A DNA stretch of 64,000 nt from an uncultured bacterium. GTDB lineage: Bacteria > Krumholzibacteriota > Krumholzibacteriia > LZORAL124-64-63. The notes beneath the pieces were generated by a model. It made no database searches. It saw nothing but the letters and a program-made list of their open reading frames with translations, and had not been told where the DNA came from. The position numbers and the translations under genes were made by a program. This document shows positions 10,823 through 20,475 of the stretch, in pieces. The first letter of the stretch is position 1, and each line of letters opens with the position of its first letter. The stretch is from contig CAVSGO010000007.1 of assembly GCA_963727525.1 (NCBI GenBank), forward strand, positions 1,632,001 to 1,696,000, read 5' to 3'.

Positions 10823-12643
10823 TCATTCCACCGTGACCGCCTTGGCCAGGTTGCGCGGCTGATCCACGTCCTCGCCGCGCAGCACGGCGATGTGATACGC
10901 CAGCAGTTGCAGCGGGATCACCGACAGCAAGGGTGTCAACATATTGAGAGTGGGCGGAATGGTGATCACGTGATCGCTAAGGGCGGCGATCTCGGTGTCA
11001 CCCTCCGTCACGATGCTGATGATCTTGCCGTGCCGCGCCCGCACCTCCTGCACGTTGCCGCGGATCTTCTCGTAGCTGCCGTCGCGCGTGCAGATCACGA
11101 CCACGGGCATCGCCGGATCGATGAGCGCGATCGGTCCGTGCTTCATCTCCGCCGCCGGATACCCCTCGGCGTGGATGTAGCTGATCTCCTTCAGCTTGAG
11201 CGCACCCTCGAGCGCGATGGGGAAGTTCACGCCTCGGCCGAGGTAGAGGCAGTTGTGGTGATCGGCGTAGACCTGTGCAATGGCCTTGATCTTGTCCGAC
11301 TGAGCCAGCACGGTGCGGATCTTGTCGGGGATGCACTGCAGTTCCTCGAGGATCTGCACGCCCATCTCGGCGCTGATGTGGTTGCGCCGGCCGAGCAGCA
11401 ACGTCAGCAGCGTGAGAATGGTCACCTGGCTCGTGAACGCTTTGGTCGACGCCACGCCGATCTCGGGGCCGGCGTGGCTGTACACGCCGCACTCGCTCTC
11501 GCGCGCGATGGTGGATCCCACGACATTGGTGATGCCCACGACCTTGGCGCCCCGCCGCTTCGCCTCACGCATGGCCTCGAGCGTGTCGATGGTCTCGCCG
11601 CTCTGGCTGATCGTCAGGCACACCGTGCCGGGATCGATGATGGGCGAGCGATAGCGGAACTCGCTCGCATATTCCACCTCCACCGGGATGCGCGCATATT
11701 CCTCGATGAGGTACTCGCCCACGAGGCCGGCGTGGTAGCTGGTGCCGCAAGCCAGGATGATGATGCGCTGGATGTTGCGCAGCTCCCAGTCGGTGAACTG
11801 CAGGCCACCCAGCTTCACGTCGCCCGCGGCCGGCAGGATGCGGCCGCGGAACGCGTCCTGCACCGTGTCCGGCTGCTCCATGATCTCCTTGAGCATGTAA
11901 TGGGCGTAGCCGCTCTTCTGGATCTGGCTGATGTCCCAGGTGATCTCCTCGACCTCCTTGGTGACCTCCTGGTTGTCGATGTTCATCGTGGTCACGCCCT
12001 CGGGCGTCAGCACGGCCATCTCCCAGTCGTCCAGATAGATCACCTGGCGCGTGTGGCCGAGGATCGCCGCCACGTCGCTGGCCACGTAGTTGGCGTGGTC
12101 TCCGACCCCCACCACCAGCGGACTGCCGCGGCGCGCGCCGACGATCTTCTGCGGCTCATCGGCGTGCACCACCGCGATGCCGAAGGTGCCCTCCACGAGC
12201 TTCAGCGCCCACTGCACCGCTTCCTCGAGGTTGCCGCGATACTGATCGGTGATCAGATGGGCCAGCACCTCGGTGTCGGTCTCGCTCTGGAACACGTAGC
12301 CTTTGCCGATGAGGGCGCGACGCAGGGCGCCGTGATTCTCGATGATGCCGTTGTGCACCACCGCCACCTTGCCCGACAGGTGCGGGTGCGCATTCAGGCG
12401 ATTCGGCTGCCCGTGCGTCGCCCAGCGCGTGTGCGCGATGCCGCAGGTTCCGGCCAGATCATCGAGGTCGAGGATCTTCTCGAGCTCGCGGATCTTCCCC
12501 TTCTCCTTGTAGCAGCAAATGCCATCGTCCTGGATGACGGCGATCCCGGCGCTGTCGTAGCCGCGGTACTCGAGACGCCGCAGGCCCTCGAGCAGATGAC
12601 TGGCGACGCCGGGGATACCGGTGATGCCGACGATTCCACACAT
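10823..12643 (-). CDS. glmS: Glutamine--fructose-6-phosphate transaminase
   Basis: MCGIVG, EYRGYDSAG, HTRWATHG, SQSGET, PRNLAKAVTVE. Confidence 0.98.
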   Translation of the reverse strand: MCGIVGITGIPGVASHLLEGLRRLEYRGYDSAGIAVIQDDGICCYKEKGKIRELEKILDLDDLAGTCGIAHTRWATHGQPNRLNAHPHLSGKVAVVHNGIIENHGALRRALIGKGYVFQSETDTEVLAHLITDQYRGNLEEAVQWALKLVEGTFGIAVVHADEPQKIVGARRGSPLVVGVGDHANYVASDVAAILGHTRQVIYLDDWEMAVLTPEGVTTMNIDNQEVTKEVEEITWDISQIQKSGYAHYMLKEIMEQPDTVQDAFRGRILPAAGDVKLGGLQFTDWELRNIQRIIILACGTSYHAGLVGEYLIEEYARIPVEVEYASEFRYRSPIIDPGTVCLTISQSGETIDTLEAMREAKRRGAKVVGITNVVGSTIARESECGVYSHAGPEIGVASTKAFTSQVTILTLLTLLLGRRNHISAEMGVQILEELQCIPDKIRTVLAQSDKIKAIAQVYADHHNCLYLGRGVNFPIALEGALKLKEISYIHAEGYPAAEMKHGPIALIDPAMPVVVICTRDGSYEKIRGNVQEVRARHGKIISIVTEGDTEIAALSDHVITIPPTLNMLTPLLSVIPLQLLAYHIAVLRGEDVDQPRNLAKAVTVE

Positions 12644-12667
12644 GGTTCGCTCCTTCGGACTCCTGGA

Positions 12668-14011
12668 TCAGGATTCGAGACCGCCCTTGCGGACCCGATC
12701 GATCAGCTCCCGGGCCTGCGCGGCCGTCGTGGCCTCGGCGATGATACGCACCACGGGTTCGGTATTCGATGCGCGCACGTGGACCCAGGCGCCGTCGCCC
12801 GTCCACTTGTAGCCGTCACGATCGTCGATGGTGCCCGGGCCAAGGCCACGCAACACCTGCGCCAGTTCCTCGCCCTGCGGCAGGGATTCTGCTGCGAACT
12901 TGTCCTTCACCATGACCACCGGCGACAGTTCGCCCACGATCTCGGCCAGCGAACGGCCACTGTCGGCGAGGAGCTGCAGGATCATGGCGATGCCGATCAG
13001 GCCGTCACGGCCCGGATGCAGAGTGGGGTAGATCACGCCACCGTTGCCCTCGCCCCCGATCACGCACCGCTGCCCCAGCAGGGTTTCCACGACATTGGCC
13101 TCGCCCACCGGAGTGCGCCAGACGCGCGCCCCGTGGCGGGCGGCCACCTCATCGATCAGCCGCGTCGTGGAGAGGTTCACGGCGACATCGCCGCGCTGGC
13201 GGCCCAGCACGAAATCGACGGCCAGCGCGAGCGTGACCTCCTCGCTCAGCGGTTCGCCGCCCGGCGCCACCAGGGCGAGACGGTCGCCGTCGGGATCCAG
13301 GGCGAAACCGACATCGGCCCCGTGTCGGCGCACCGCGGCCGCCAGCTCCGTGAGGTGGGCCGGCGTGGGTTCGGGATCGTGCGGGAAATGGCCGGTGCAC
13401 CCGCAGTGCAACGGGGTGCAGGCCACGCCCAGCCCCTCCAGCAGACGCGGGGCGATGGCCCCGGCCGCGCCCTCCACCGCGTCGACGACGGCGTGCAGCC
13501 GCCGACTCGCGATCCGCTCGGGTGCGAGCCACGGCAGGGCGCGGATCTTCGCCAGATGCAGCTCGTCGGCCCCCTCCCATGTCCGGGCGGCGCCGAGCCG
13601 GTCCCAGGCCACGTGACCATTGCCGGCATCGTATCGCTCGCGCAGCTCCGCGTTCTGGGCCTGGGTGAGGAAGAGTCCCCGTCCCTCGATAAACTTCAGG
13701 GCGTTCCACTGCTGGGGGTTGTGGCTGGCGGTGATGATCACGCCGCCCACGGCGTCGTTCTCCTGGACGACCATCTCGGTGGTGGGCGTCGTGGCGATGC
13801 CGATGTCCCACACATCGTGCCCGGTGGAGGACAGGGCCGCCACCACCGCGTCGCGCACCATGGGTCCGCTCGGACGGCTGTCGCGCCCCACGACCACCGG
13901 TCCCGGCGGCAGCCAGGCGCCGAGCGCCGCGCCCCAGCGCGACACGACGGTGGCATCGAGGCTCTCGCCCACGATGCCGCGGATACCCGAGACACTCACG
14001 CATAAACTCAA
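12668..14011 (-). CDS. glmM: Phosphoglucosamine mutase / phosphohexomutase
   Basis: SVSGIRG, TASHNP phospho-Ser loop, DPDGDR metal loop, GGEGNGG, RASNTEP; TTG start after AAGGAG; upstream of glmS. Confidence 0.88.
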   Translation of the reverse strand: MSLCVSVSGIRGIVGESLDATVVSRWGAALGAWLPPGPVVVGRDSRPSGPMVRDAVVAALSSTGHDVWDIGIATTPTTEMVVQENDAVGGVIITASHNPQQWNALKFIEGRGLFLTQAQNAELRERYDAGNGHVAWDRLGAARTWEGADELHLAKIRALPWLAPERIASRRLHAVVDAVEGAAGAIAPRLLEGLGVACTPLHCGCTGHFPHDPEPTPAHLTELAAAVRRHGADVGFALDPDGDRLALVAPGGEPLSEEVTLALAVDFVLGRQRGDVAVNLSTTRLIDEVAARHGARVWRTPVGEANVVETLLGQRCVIGGEGNGGVIYPTLHPGRDGLIGIAMILQLLADSGRSLAEIVGELSPVVMVKDKFAAESLPQGEELAQVLRGLGPGTIDDRDGYKWTGDGAWVHVRASNTEPVVRIIAEATTAAQARELIDRVRKGGLES

Positions 14012-14224
14012 GCGGAAGCTCCTTTTCGAGGCACCGGGGCCGAGCAAGAGACGCACCGCCCTGAGCATAGTAGCAAGGATCGCTGACGGCACAAGGGGTT
14101 ACGGGACGTCACAGAACCGCTATCTCGTCCGTACCATCACGTGGAAGGCGTGCTGGCGATAGAGGTTCCCGCGCTGATACCTCGTCGTCCCCTTCCGGAT
14201 TCTCCCCGACGAAAGGAGTCTTCC

Positions 14225-16486
14225 GTGCTCTCTCGCAACCACGCTCGACCGCGGTTCCGCACGCGAGGCGTGCTCTCGATCTTCCTGACAGCGGGCCTCG
14301 CGGTCATCCTCATGGGCGCGGCCCCCCCGCCGTCCGCCCCTGATCTGGTCGGCGTCACCGTCGTCGTCGAGAACCTCGCCCCGCAAAACGGCACCTGGCT
14401 CACGCCCGTCTGGGTGGGGTTCCACGCCGGCACCTATGACCTCCACGACCCGGGCAGCGCCGCGAGCCAGGAGCTGGAGCGCCTGGCCGAGGACGGCAAC
14501 ACGTCGCCCCTCTCCTCCGCATTCGCCGCAGCGGCCCGCACCGGCGCCGAGGCCACGCTGGCCGCCGCCGGGGATACGCCGCAGATCCCGCCCGGCGGCG
14601 AGGCCCGCCACACGTTCCTGCTCGACCCCAACGACGAGAACAACGCTTTCGTGAGCTGGGCCGCGATGGTCATCCCCAGCAACGACGCCTTCGTCGCCAA
14701 TGACGATCCGCAGGCCCGGCGCATCTTCGATGCCAACGGGAACTTCCTGGGCGCATTCGTCACGCTCGCAGGCTCCGCGGTGCTGGACGCCGGCACCGAG
14801 GTGAATGACGAGGTGCCGGCACACACGGCCTTCTTCGGCCAGACCACCCCCAACACCGGCGTGGACGAAAACGGCGTCGTCCACTTGCACCCGGGATACC
14901 TGCCTCCGGGCAGCGGCGGCATCCTCGACGATCCCATGTTCGCCGATGCCGACTTCACGGCGCCGGGATATCAAGTGGCCCGCATCACGATCTACCGCTC
15001 CGACACCGTCGTTCCCGCCGGCAACGTGTCCGGCCACTGGACCGTGGCTGGGTCGCCCTACCTGGTGCAGGGCGACGTCACCGTGCCCGACGGCGCCACG
15101 CTCACGATCGATCCCGGCGTGACCGTATTCTCGAGCGAGGACCACGGCATCACCGTCGCCGGCGCCCTCGACGCCGTGGGCACCGCGGACGTGCCGATCC
15201 TGTTCACGGGTACGCAACAGCAGTTCCCGAACAACGACGGCTGGTCGGGCCTGCGCTTCATCGGCCAGACGCTGCCCAGCCATCTCGCCTACTGCACCAT
15301 CGAGTATGGCGACCGCCAGGCCAACTACGAATCCGGCGGCGGCATCGCCTGCATCGGCGGCCAGATCGAGTTGCGGCACTGCACGGTGCGCTCGTGTCTG
15401 GCCTACCTCGACGGCGCGGGCCTCTACGCCAGCGACGCCACACTACTGCTCGACGACTGCGAGGTCCGCTACTGCGAGATCTCCGGCGAGAACAGCGGCC
15501 GCGGCGGCGGGATCTTCGCCGAGAATTCCGATGTCACGATCACGAACAGCCACATCCACCACAATCGCGTGGCCACGTTCACATACTTCGGCGCGACGAA
15601 CTCGCGCGGCGGCGGCATTGCACTCGTGGGCTGCACCGGGAGCGTGGAAGGCTGCGTCATCAACCGTAACTACTGCAACCACAGCGGGACCGAGGCCGAG
15701 TCGACCGGCGGCGGCGTGCACGTGGAGAACGGCACGATCCTGCTGCGCGGCGACACCGTCGTGGCCAACGAGGTGCACTACAACAACGCCCACGGCGGCG
15801 GGATCTACCTGCGCGGCTATGGACACGAGGTCGTTGACACCATCGTCAGCGGCAATACCGGCGCCGGCATCTGGTTCGATCCGGGCGCGGAAACCGCCAC
15901 GATCGACTACAACGACGCCTTCGGCAACAGCGGCGGATCCTACGCAGGACCGTACGTGCCGTCGGGCCTGGGCATCGCCAGCCAGATCAATCACAACGGC
16001 GACCCTTGCGACTTCGCGTACAACATCGACCTGTCGCCGCAGTTCGTGGCGCCGACCAACCTGAACTATCACCTGCAGGCCACATCGCCGTGCATCGACG
16101 CGGGCGATCCCGCCTCGCCGCCGGATCCGGACGGCACGATCGCCGACATCGGCGCGCTCCCCTACGACCAGGGCGCCACGGCGGTGCCCGGCCCGAGCGA
16201 GGACGGCAGCCGCGCCTTCCTGCTGGCGAGCCGACCCGCCCCGATGGACGCGGCCACGACCATCGCCTACCGCTTGCCCAACGCGGGCCCGGTGAAGCTG
16301 CGTGTGGTGGACATCCGCGGCCGGGTGGTGCGCACCCTCGTCGACGAGGTGCAGCCGGCGGGTCCACAGTCCGTACGTTTCGACGGCAGGGACGACGGCG
16401 GCCAGCGACTGGCGTCGGGGCTGTACTTCGAGGTGCTGCGGGCGGCAGGACGGCAGGACAGCCGGAAGATCACGGTACTGCACTGA
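14225..16486 (+). CDS. Secreted protein: Spondin_N domain + parallel beta-helix repeats + C-terminal FlgD-Ig (T9SS-like) sorting domain
   Basis: Signal peptide; LERLAEDGN, MVIPSNDAF, DAGTEVNDE (spondin); GGGI repeats; SPCIDAGDP..DIGA; DIRGRVVRTL..FDGRDDGG..LASGLYF tail. Confidence 0.8.
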   Translation: MLSRNHARPRFRTRGVLSIFLTAGLAVILMGAAPPPSAPDLVGVTVVVENLAPQNGTWLTPVWVGFHAGTYDLHDPGSAASQELERLAEDGNTSPLSSAFAAAARTGAEATLAAAGDTPQIPPGGEARHTFLLDPNDENNAFVSWAAMVIPSNDAFVANDDPQARRIFDANGNFLGAFVTLAGSAVLDAGTEVNDEVPAHTAFFGQTTPNTGVDENGVVHLHPGYLPPGSGGILDDPMFADADFTAPGYQVARITIYRSDTVVPAGNVSGHWTVAGSPYLVQGDVTVPDGATLTIDPGVTVFSSEDHGITVAGALDAVGTADVPILFTGTQQQFPNNDGWSGLRFIGQTLPSHLAYCTIEYGDRQANYESGGGIACIGGQIELRHCTVRSCLAYLDGAGLYASDATLLLDDCEVRYCEISGENSGRGGGIFAENSDVTITNSHIHHNRVATFTYFGATNSRGGGIALVGCTGSVEGCVINRNYCNHSGTEAESTGGGVHVENGTILLRGDTVVANEVHYNNAHGGGIYLRGYGHEVVDTIVSGNTGAGIWFDPGAETATIDYNDAFGNSGGSYAGPYVPSGLGIASQINHNGDPCDFAYNIDLSPQFVAPTNLNYHLQATSPCIDAGDPASPPDPDGTIADIGALPYDQGATAVPGPSEDGSRAFLLASRPAPMDAATTIAYRLPNAGPVKLRVVDIRGRVVRTLVDEVQPAGPQSVRFDGRDDGGQRLASGLYFEVLRAAGRQDSRKITVLH

Positions 16487-16576
16487 GCCAGGGTGCGGCG
16501 ATGAACATCGTTCCGGAAGCGGAACATCGGGCAGTAGCCGGGCGTCGATGGAGAAAAGGGGGTTCCGCCGTCTTGC

Positions 16577-16652
16577 TGGAGCTGGTGCGCGGACTCGAAC
16601 CGCGGACCTGCTCATTACGAGTGAGCTGCTCTACCAGCTGAGCTACACCAGC
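16577..16652 (-). tRNA. tRNA-Thr (CGU)
   Basis: Cloverleaf, GCTCA-CT-CGT-AA-TGAGC, CCA encoded. Confidence 0.95.
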
Positions 16653-16668
16653 TCCATGCAATCACGGA

Positions 16669-16744
16669 TGGTGCCTAGGGGCGGAGTCGAACCACCGACA
16701 CCTGCATTTTCAGTGCAGTGCTCTACCAGCTGAGCTACCTAGGC
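16669..16744 (-). tRNA. tRNA-Phe (GAA)
   Basis: Cloverleaf, CTGCA-CT-GAA-AA-TGCAG, CCA encoded. Confidence 0.95.
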
Positions 16745-16777
16745 ACCCGATCGGCCGGTCGCCGGCCGGGGAGGGCA

Positions 16778-16806
16778 ATTAAACACACCGTTTGCGGCCT
16801 TGTCAA
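16778..16806 (-). promoter_or_regulatory. Sigma70 promoter for tRNA-Phe/Thr
   Basis: TTGACA-N17-TTTAAT followed by a GC-rich discriminator-like stretch. Confidence 0.7.
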
Positions 16807-16822
16807 GGCGGCCCCGAACGCG

Positions 16823-17230
16823 TCAGAGAGCCGTGGGCAATGCCGACAGCTCCTCGATCTTGGCGATCAGAGTATCCATGTCGAAGGGCTTGTACATGCA
16901 GGCGTCGGCCCGGGACCAGGTGGCGATGAACTTCTCGCGATCGGCCGAATCCACCTTGCGCGCCGTCAGCAGCATGATCGCGAACTCGCGCGTGTCGGGG
17001 TCGTGGTCCATCCACTCCTTGAGCAGCCGGCTGACCTCGTACCCGTTGCACCCTGGCAGCATGACGTCCAGCAACATCACGTCGGGACGATGCTGCTTGG
17101 CCTTGTCGAGCGCCTCGAGCCCATCGACGGCGGTGATCACCTCGAATCCGCGCAGCGCCAGGCTGTAGTCGAGGGTCTCCAGGATGTCCTGCTCGTCGTC
17201 CACGACCAGGATCTTCAGCGCGTGAGGCAT
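16823..17230 (-). CDS. Single-domain response regulator
   Basis: ILVVDDE, LLDVMLP (phospho-Asp), LLTAR, KPFD. Confidence 0.9.
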   Translation of the reverse strand: MPHALKILVVDDEQDILETLDYSLALRGFEVITAVDGLEALDKAKQHRPDVMLLDVMLPGCNGYEVSRLLKEWMDHDPDTREFAIMLLTARKVDSADREKFIATWSRADACMYKPFDMDTLIAKIEELSALPTAL

Positions 17231-19347
17231 CGCTCGTCCTCCGGTTTGCGGTTCGTCCCGCACCATGCTGGGCTGGTCTCGACGACCTCCAGCAGGGAAT
17301 GATCGTCATCCATCGCCTCGGCGTTCCGAGGATCCGCGGGTATGACGTCCCATTGCGTACCCGCGAGGATCGCGGCACACTCGGGAGCGCAGGTGGCAAC
17401 CTGCCAGGCGGCATGCAGCCGCGAGAAGTCCAGCACCAATCCGACGCCAAGTCCGGGTGCCACGACGTGGAACGTGTTTTCGCCCAGGGGGAGCGCATCG
17501 CCGAGAGACACGGCGTCGCCGATGCGCCGCTCCTCCGCGTCGCGCGCCAACCCCAGGAGGAAGCTGCGCGCCTGGGTCAGCGCCACGTCGGCTTCCCATG
17601 TCGGACGCGTCGACGCCAGGCGCCGCAGGTCCAGCGTCACCAGGCGGGGCTCGTACCCCATGTGCGTGGCCATCGCGAGCAAGGCCTCGAGCTCGCGTCC
17701 CGCGACGAGCACGGGGCTGCTCGCCGGCGCGCTCGGCAGCTCGATCCGGACCGTCGTGCCCTCCCCGGGCCGGCTTGCCAGCCGCACGATACCGTCGTGC
17801 GCCTCCACCAGACCCTTCGTGATGTGCAGTCCGAGGCCGGCGCCCGGCAGGCGCCTCGTCTCGACCTCTGCGTCCCGGCTGAAGGGCGTGAAGAGTTGCG
17901 CGAGGAACTGTGGGTTCATGCCCATGCCGCTGTCGGTCACTGTCAGCCTGCAAACCCGCACGGCGAGGCCCAGGTGACGCGTCAGGGTGCCCGCGACACC
18001 GGGCACCGCGTCGCCCAGGTCGCTCAGCACCACCTCCACGCGGCCGCCGCGCGGCGTGTACTTGAGCGCATTGCTGATGACGTTGTGGAACATCTGCAGG
18101 ACCTTGTCGGCATCGACCTCGACGGTGAACGTCGCCGGGACGCCGGCGTCGTCCAGCACGATGTCCTTCTCCCGACATGTGAGCTGCACCATGGTGAGGT
18201 TTTCGCGCAGCAACGCACCGAGATCCACCGGCGCCCGCGTGAAGCGAAGCTGGCCGGCTCGGGCGCGCCGCGCATCGAGCAGGTCGTCGACGAGGCGGGT
18301 CAGGCGGTCGAGGTTGCGCCGGCACATCGTCAGGAAGCGCTCCTGCTCCGGTGCCACCGGTCCGGTATCTCCACTCAGGACGATGTCGAGGGTCGACTTG
18401 ATCGTCGTCAACGGCGTGCGAAGCTCATGGCCGATGGCGTGGGCCTCGGCGTCGACACGAGCCTCGTCACGCGCGCGTACGGTGGCATCGTTCAGCGCCA
18501 CGAGCTGGCCCCGGCCATTGGCGAGCGGCGGGCCGAGCTGCAGCTCCAGGCTCCGCCCACGAACCTGCGACGCCGGCACCACCTGGCGAGTCTGCCCGCT
18601 CGCGGAAAGCTTGCGCACCGCCCCTACGAGCCAGGGCTGCCAGTTCACTCCGTCCCGGCCGACACTCCCCTGCAGCAACGCCAGGGCAAGGTCGTTCACG
18701 GCGACGACCTCGTCCTGCGCCACGAGGGCCAGCGCCGCGGGCGCGGCCCGCCAGGCGTCCGATCCCGGCCAAAAAGCGTCGTCGGCCCGCGTGCCGCCAC
18801 CATGTGCCCCCGGCAACGTATGGTGCAGCGTCCGCCACACGAGTTCCATCTCGCGGATCAGGGGATGGCGCCGCTGCATGCTCTCGTCCCGTCCCGCCGC
18901 CACGAACACCAGCGGCGTGGCGCCGTCGCCGAGGTCGGCGTGGAACGGGAGCATGAAGCTCCAATTCAACTCGAAGCGGCGCAAGAACATGGCGCTGGGA
19001 CGGAAGGGATCGTCTGCACGCTGGACCCAGAAGGGTACGTCGCCGAGTTCGTACATCGGACCGTGGGTCGCGCCGAGCACCTCGGCCAGGCGCGCCTTCG
19101 GGCACACCCGCGAGCTGCCGACAACCACGCGCACCGGGACGGCCCCGAGCGGCGGGGAACACACCACAGCCAGGTCGCAGCCCACGCGCATGAGCAGCCG
19201 GCACGCCGCTTCCAGGACGGTTGCAGACGCCTCGTCCGCGGCGAGCCGGGCCGCGAGGCGCAGTCCCCAGGCGGGGTGGGCACGACCGGGACGTCCCGCA
19301 CGCCCGAGGAGCCTGGGACCGAAGAGTTTGTTCCACCCGACCGGCAT
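17215..19347 (-). CDS. Sensor histidine kinase (HisKA + HATPase) with long N- and C-terminal extensions
   Basis: HELRTPLT H-box, NVISNALKYT N-box, DSGMGM G1, GAGLGL G2. Confidence 0.88.
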   Translation of the reverse strand: MPVGWNKLFGPRLLGRAGRPGRAHPAWGLRLAARLAADEASATVLEAACRLLMRVGCDLAVVCSPPLGAVPVRVVVGSSRVCPKARLAEVLGATHGPMYELGDVPFWVQRADDPFRPSAMFLRRFELNWSFMLPFHADLGDGATPLVFVAAGRDESMQRRHPLIREMELVWRTLHHTLPGAHGGGTRADDAFWPGSDAWRAAPAALALVAQDEVVAVNDLALALLQGSVGRDGVNWQPWLVGAVRKLSASGQTRQVVPASQVRGRSLELQLGPPLANGRGQLVALNDATVRARDEARVDAEAHAIGHELRTPLTTIKSTLDIVLSGDTGPVAPEQERFLTMCRRNLDRLTRLVDDLLDARRARAGQLRFTRAPVDLGALLRENLTMVQLTCREKDIVLDDAGVPATFTVEVDADKVLQMFHNVISNALKYTPRGGRVEVVLSDLGDAVPGVAGTLTRHLGLAVRVCRLTVTDSGMGMNPQFLAQLFTPFSRDAEVETRRLPGAGLGLHITKGLVEAHDGIVRLASRPGEGTTVRIELPSAPASSPVLVAGRELEALLAMATHMGYEPRLVTLDLRRLASTRPTWEADVALTQARSFLLGLARDAEERRIGDAVSLGDALPLGENTFHVVAPGLGVGLVLDFSRLHAAWQVATCAPECAAILAGTQWDVIPADPRNAEAMDDDHSLLEVVETSPAWCGTNRKPEDERCLTR

Positions 19348-19468
19348 CTTTTTCTCCCCACCGCCGCGCCGAGTCCGGTAACCAGCGGTTTGGCAGCAGC
19401 TTGGCACCCGTGGTGTGCGAGATCGCACGCGCCACGGGTGAAAACTGCAATCGACATGCCAGGCGGGG

Positions 19469-20458
19469 TCAGGTCTTGGGTCGGTCGTCGTAGCCGCGAG
19501 GATGGGCCTGGTGCCAGGCCCAGGCGTCCGTGATGAGCGTGGTCACGCCGCTGCGTGCCGGTTGCCAGCCCAGGACCGCGCGGGCGCGCGCGTTCGAGGC
19601 GACGAGTCGCGGCGGGTCGCCCGGACGGCGCGGATGCACGGAGGGCGTGAGCGTGAGTCCCGTGACGCCGGCCGCCGCGTCCACGATCTCGCGAACCGAA
19701 TGGCCCGTGCCCGTACCCAGATTCAGGGCCGTGAAACCAGGGGTGGAGGCCCATTCCACGGCCAGCGCATGGGCTTGCGCCAGATCGAGCACGTGGATGT
19801 AGTCGCGCACGCAGGTGCCGTCCGCGGTGGGGTAGTCGTCGCCGAATACGGCGAAGCTCGTCCCATCGCCCAGGAGCGAACGCAGCAGGCGCGGAATGAG
19901 GTGCGTCTCCGGATCATGGTCTTCTCCCAGCTCCGACGCCGCGCCGGCGGCGTTGAAGTAGCGCAGGGCGACGGCCGAGAGGTCGGTGCTGCGCACGAGA
20001 TCCGACAGCGCATACTCCATGGTGAGCTTGGTGTGGCCATAGGGATTCACCGGAGCCAGCGCCGACGATTCCGTGATCGGGAAGGCATCAGGCTCGCCGT
20101 ACACGGCCGCCGACGACGAGAACACGAAGCGCCGCGTACCGCCTCGCGCGACCTGTTCCAGCAGCGCGAGCGTGCCGCCGACGTTGTTGCGGTAGTAACG
20201 CAGCGGATCGCGCACCGACTCGCCCACGAGGCTGAATGCGGCCAGGTGCACGATGGCGTCGAACGGCCGGACGAACACGCGCGCGAGGCCGTCGGCATCG
20301 TGCAGACTGACCTCGTGGAGCAAGGCGTCGGCGGGAATCGCGTTCCGGTGCCCCGTGGACAGGTCGTCCAGGATCTCCACGGTGTGGCCTCGGGCCAGCA
20401 GATGCGCCGCCGTCACGCTGCCGATGTAGCCGGCACCACCGGTCACGAGAATGCGCAT
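19469..20458 (-). CDS. galE: UDP-glucose 4-epimerase
   Basis: GGAGYIGS, SSSAAVYG, YGHTK, LRYFNAAGA, DGTCVRDYIHV. Confidence 0.95.
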   Translation of the reverse strand: MRILVTGGAGYIGSVTAAHLLARGHTVEILDDLSTGHRNAIPADALLHEVSLHDADGLARVFVRPFDAIVHLAAFSLVGESVRDPLRYYRNNVGGTLALLEQVARGGTRRFVFSSSAAVYGEPDAFPITESSALAPVNPYGHTKLTMEYALSDLVRSTDLSAVALRYFNAAGAASELGEDHDPETHLIPRLLRSLLGDGTSFAVFGDDYPTADGTCVRDYIHVLDLAQAHALAVEWASTPGFTALNLGTGTGHSVREIVDAAAGVTGLTLTPSVHPRRPGDPPRLVASNARARAVLGWQPARSGVTTLITDAWAWHQAHPRGYDDRPKT

Positions 20459-20475
20459 GATCGTCCTTTCCGTCC

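Noticed and set aside
12644-12667. glmS ribozyme
   Set aside because: Only 24 nt separate glmM and glmS; no room for it and no consensus
10703-14005. 1100-aa plus-strand ORF and other long antisense ORFs (e.g. 6985-8964, 17299-19533, 39780-41927, 50265-52322)
   Set aside because: Shadow frames opposite well-supported genes, expected in high-GC DNA; no recognisable motifs
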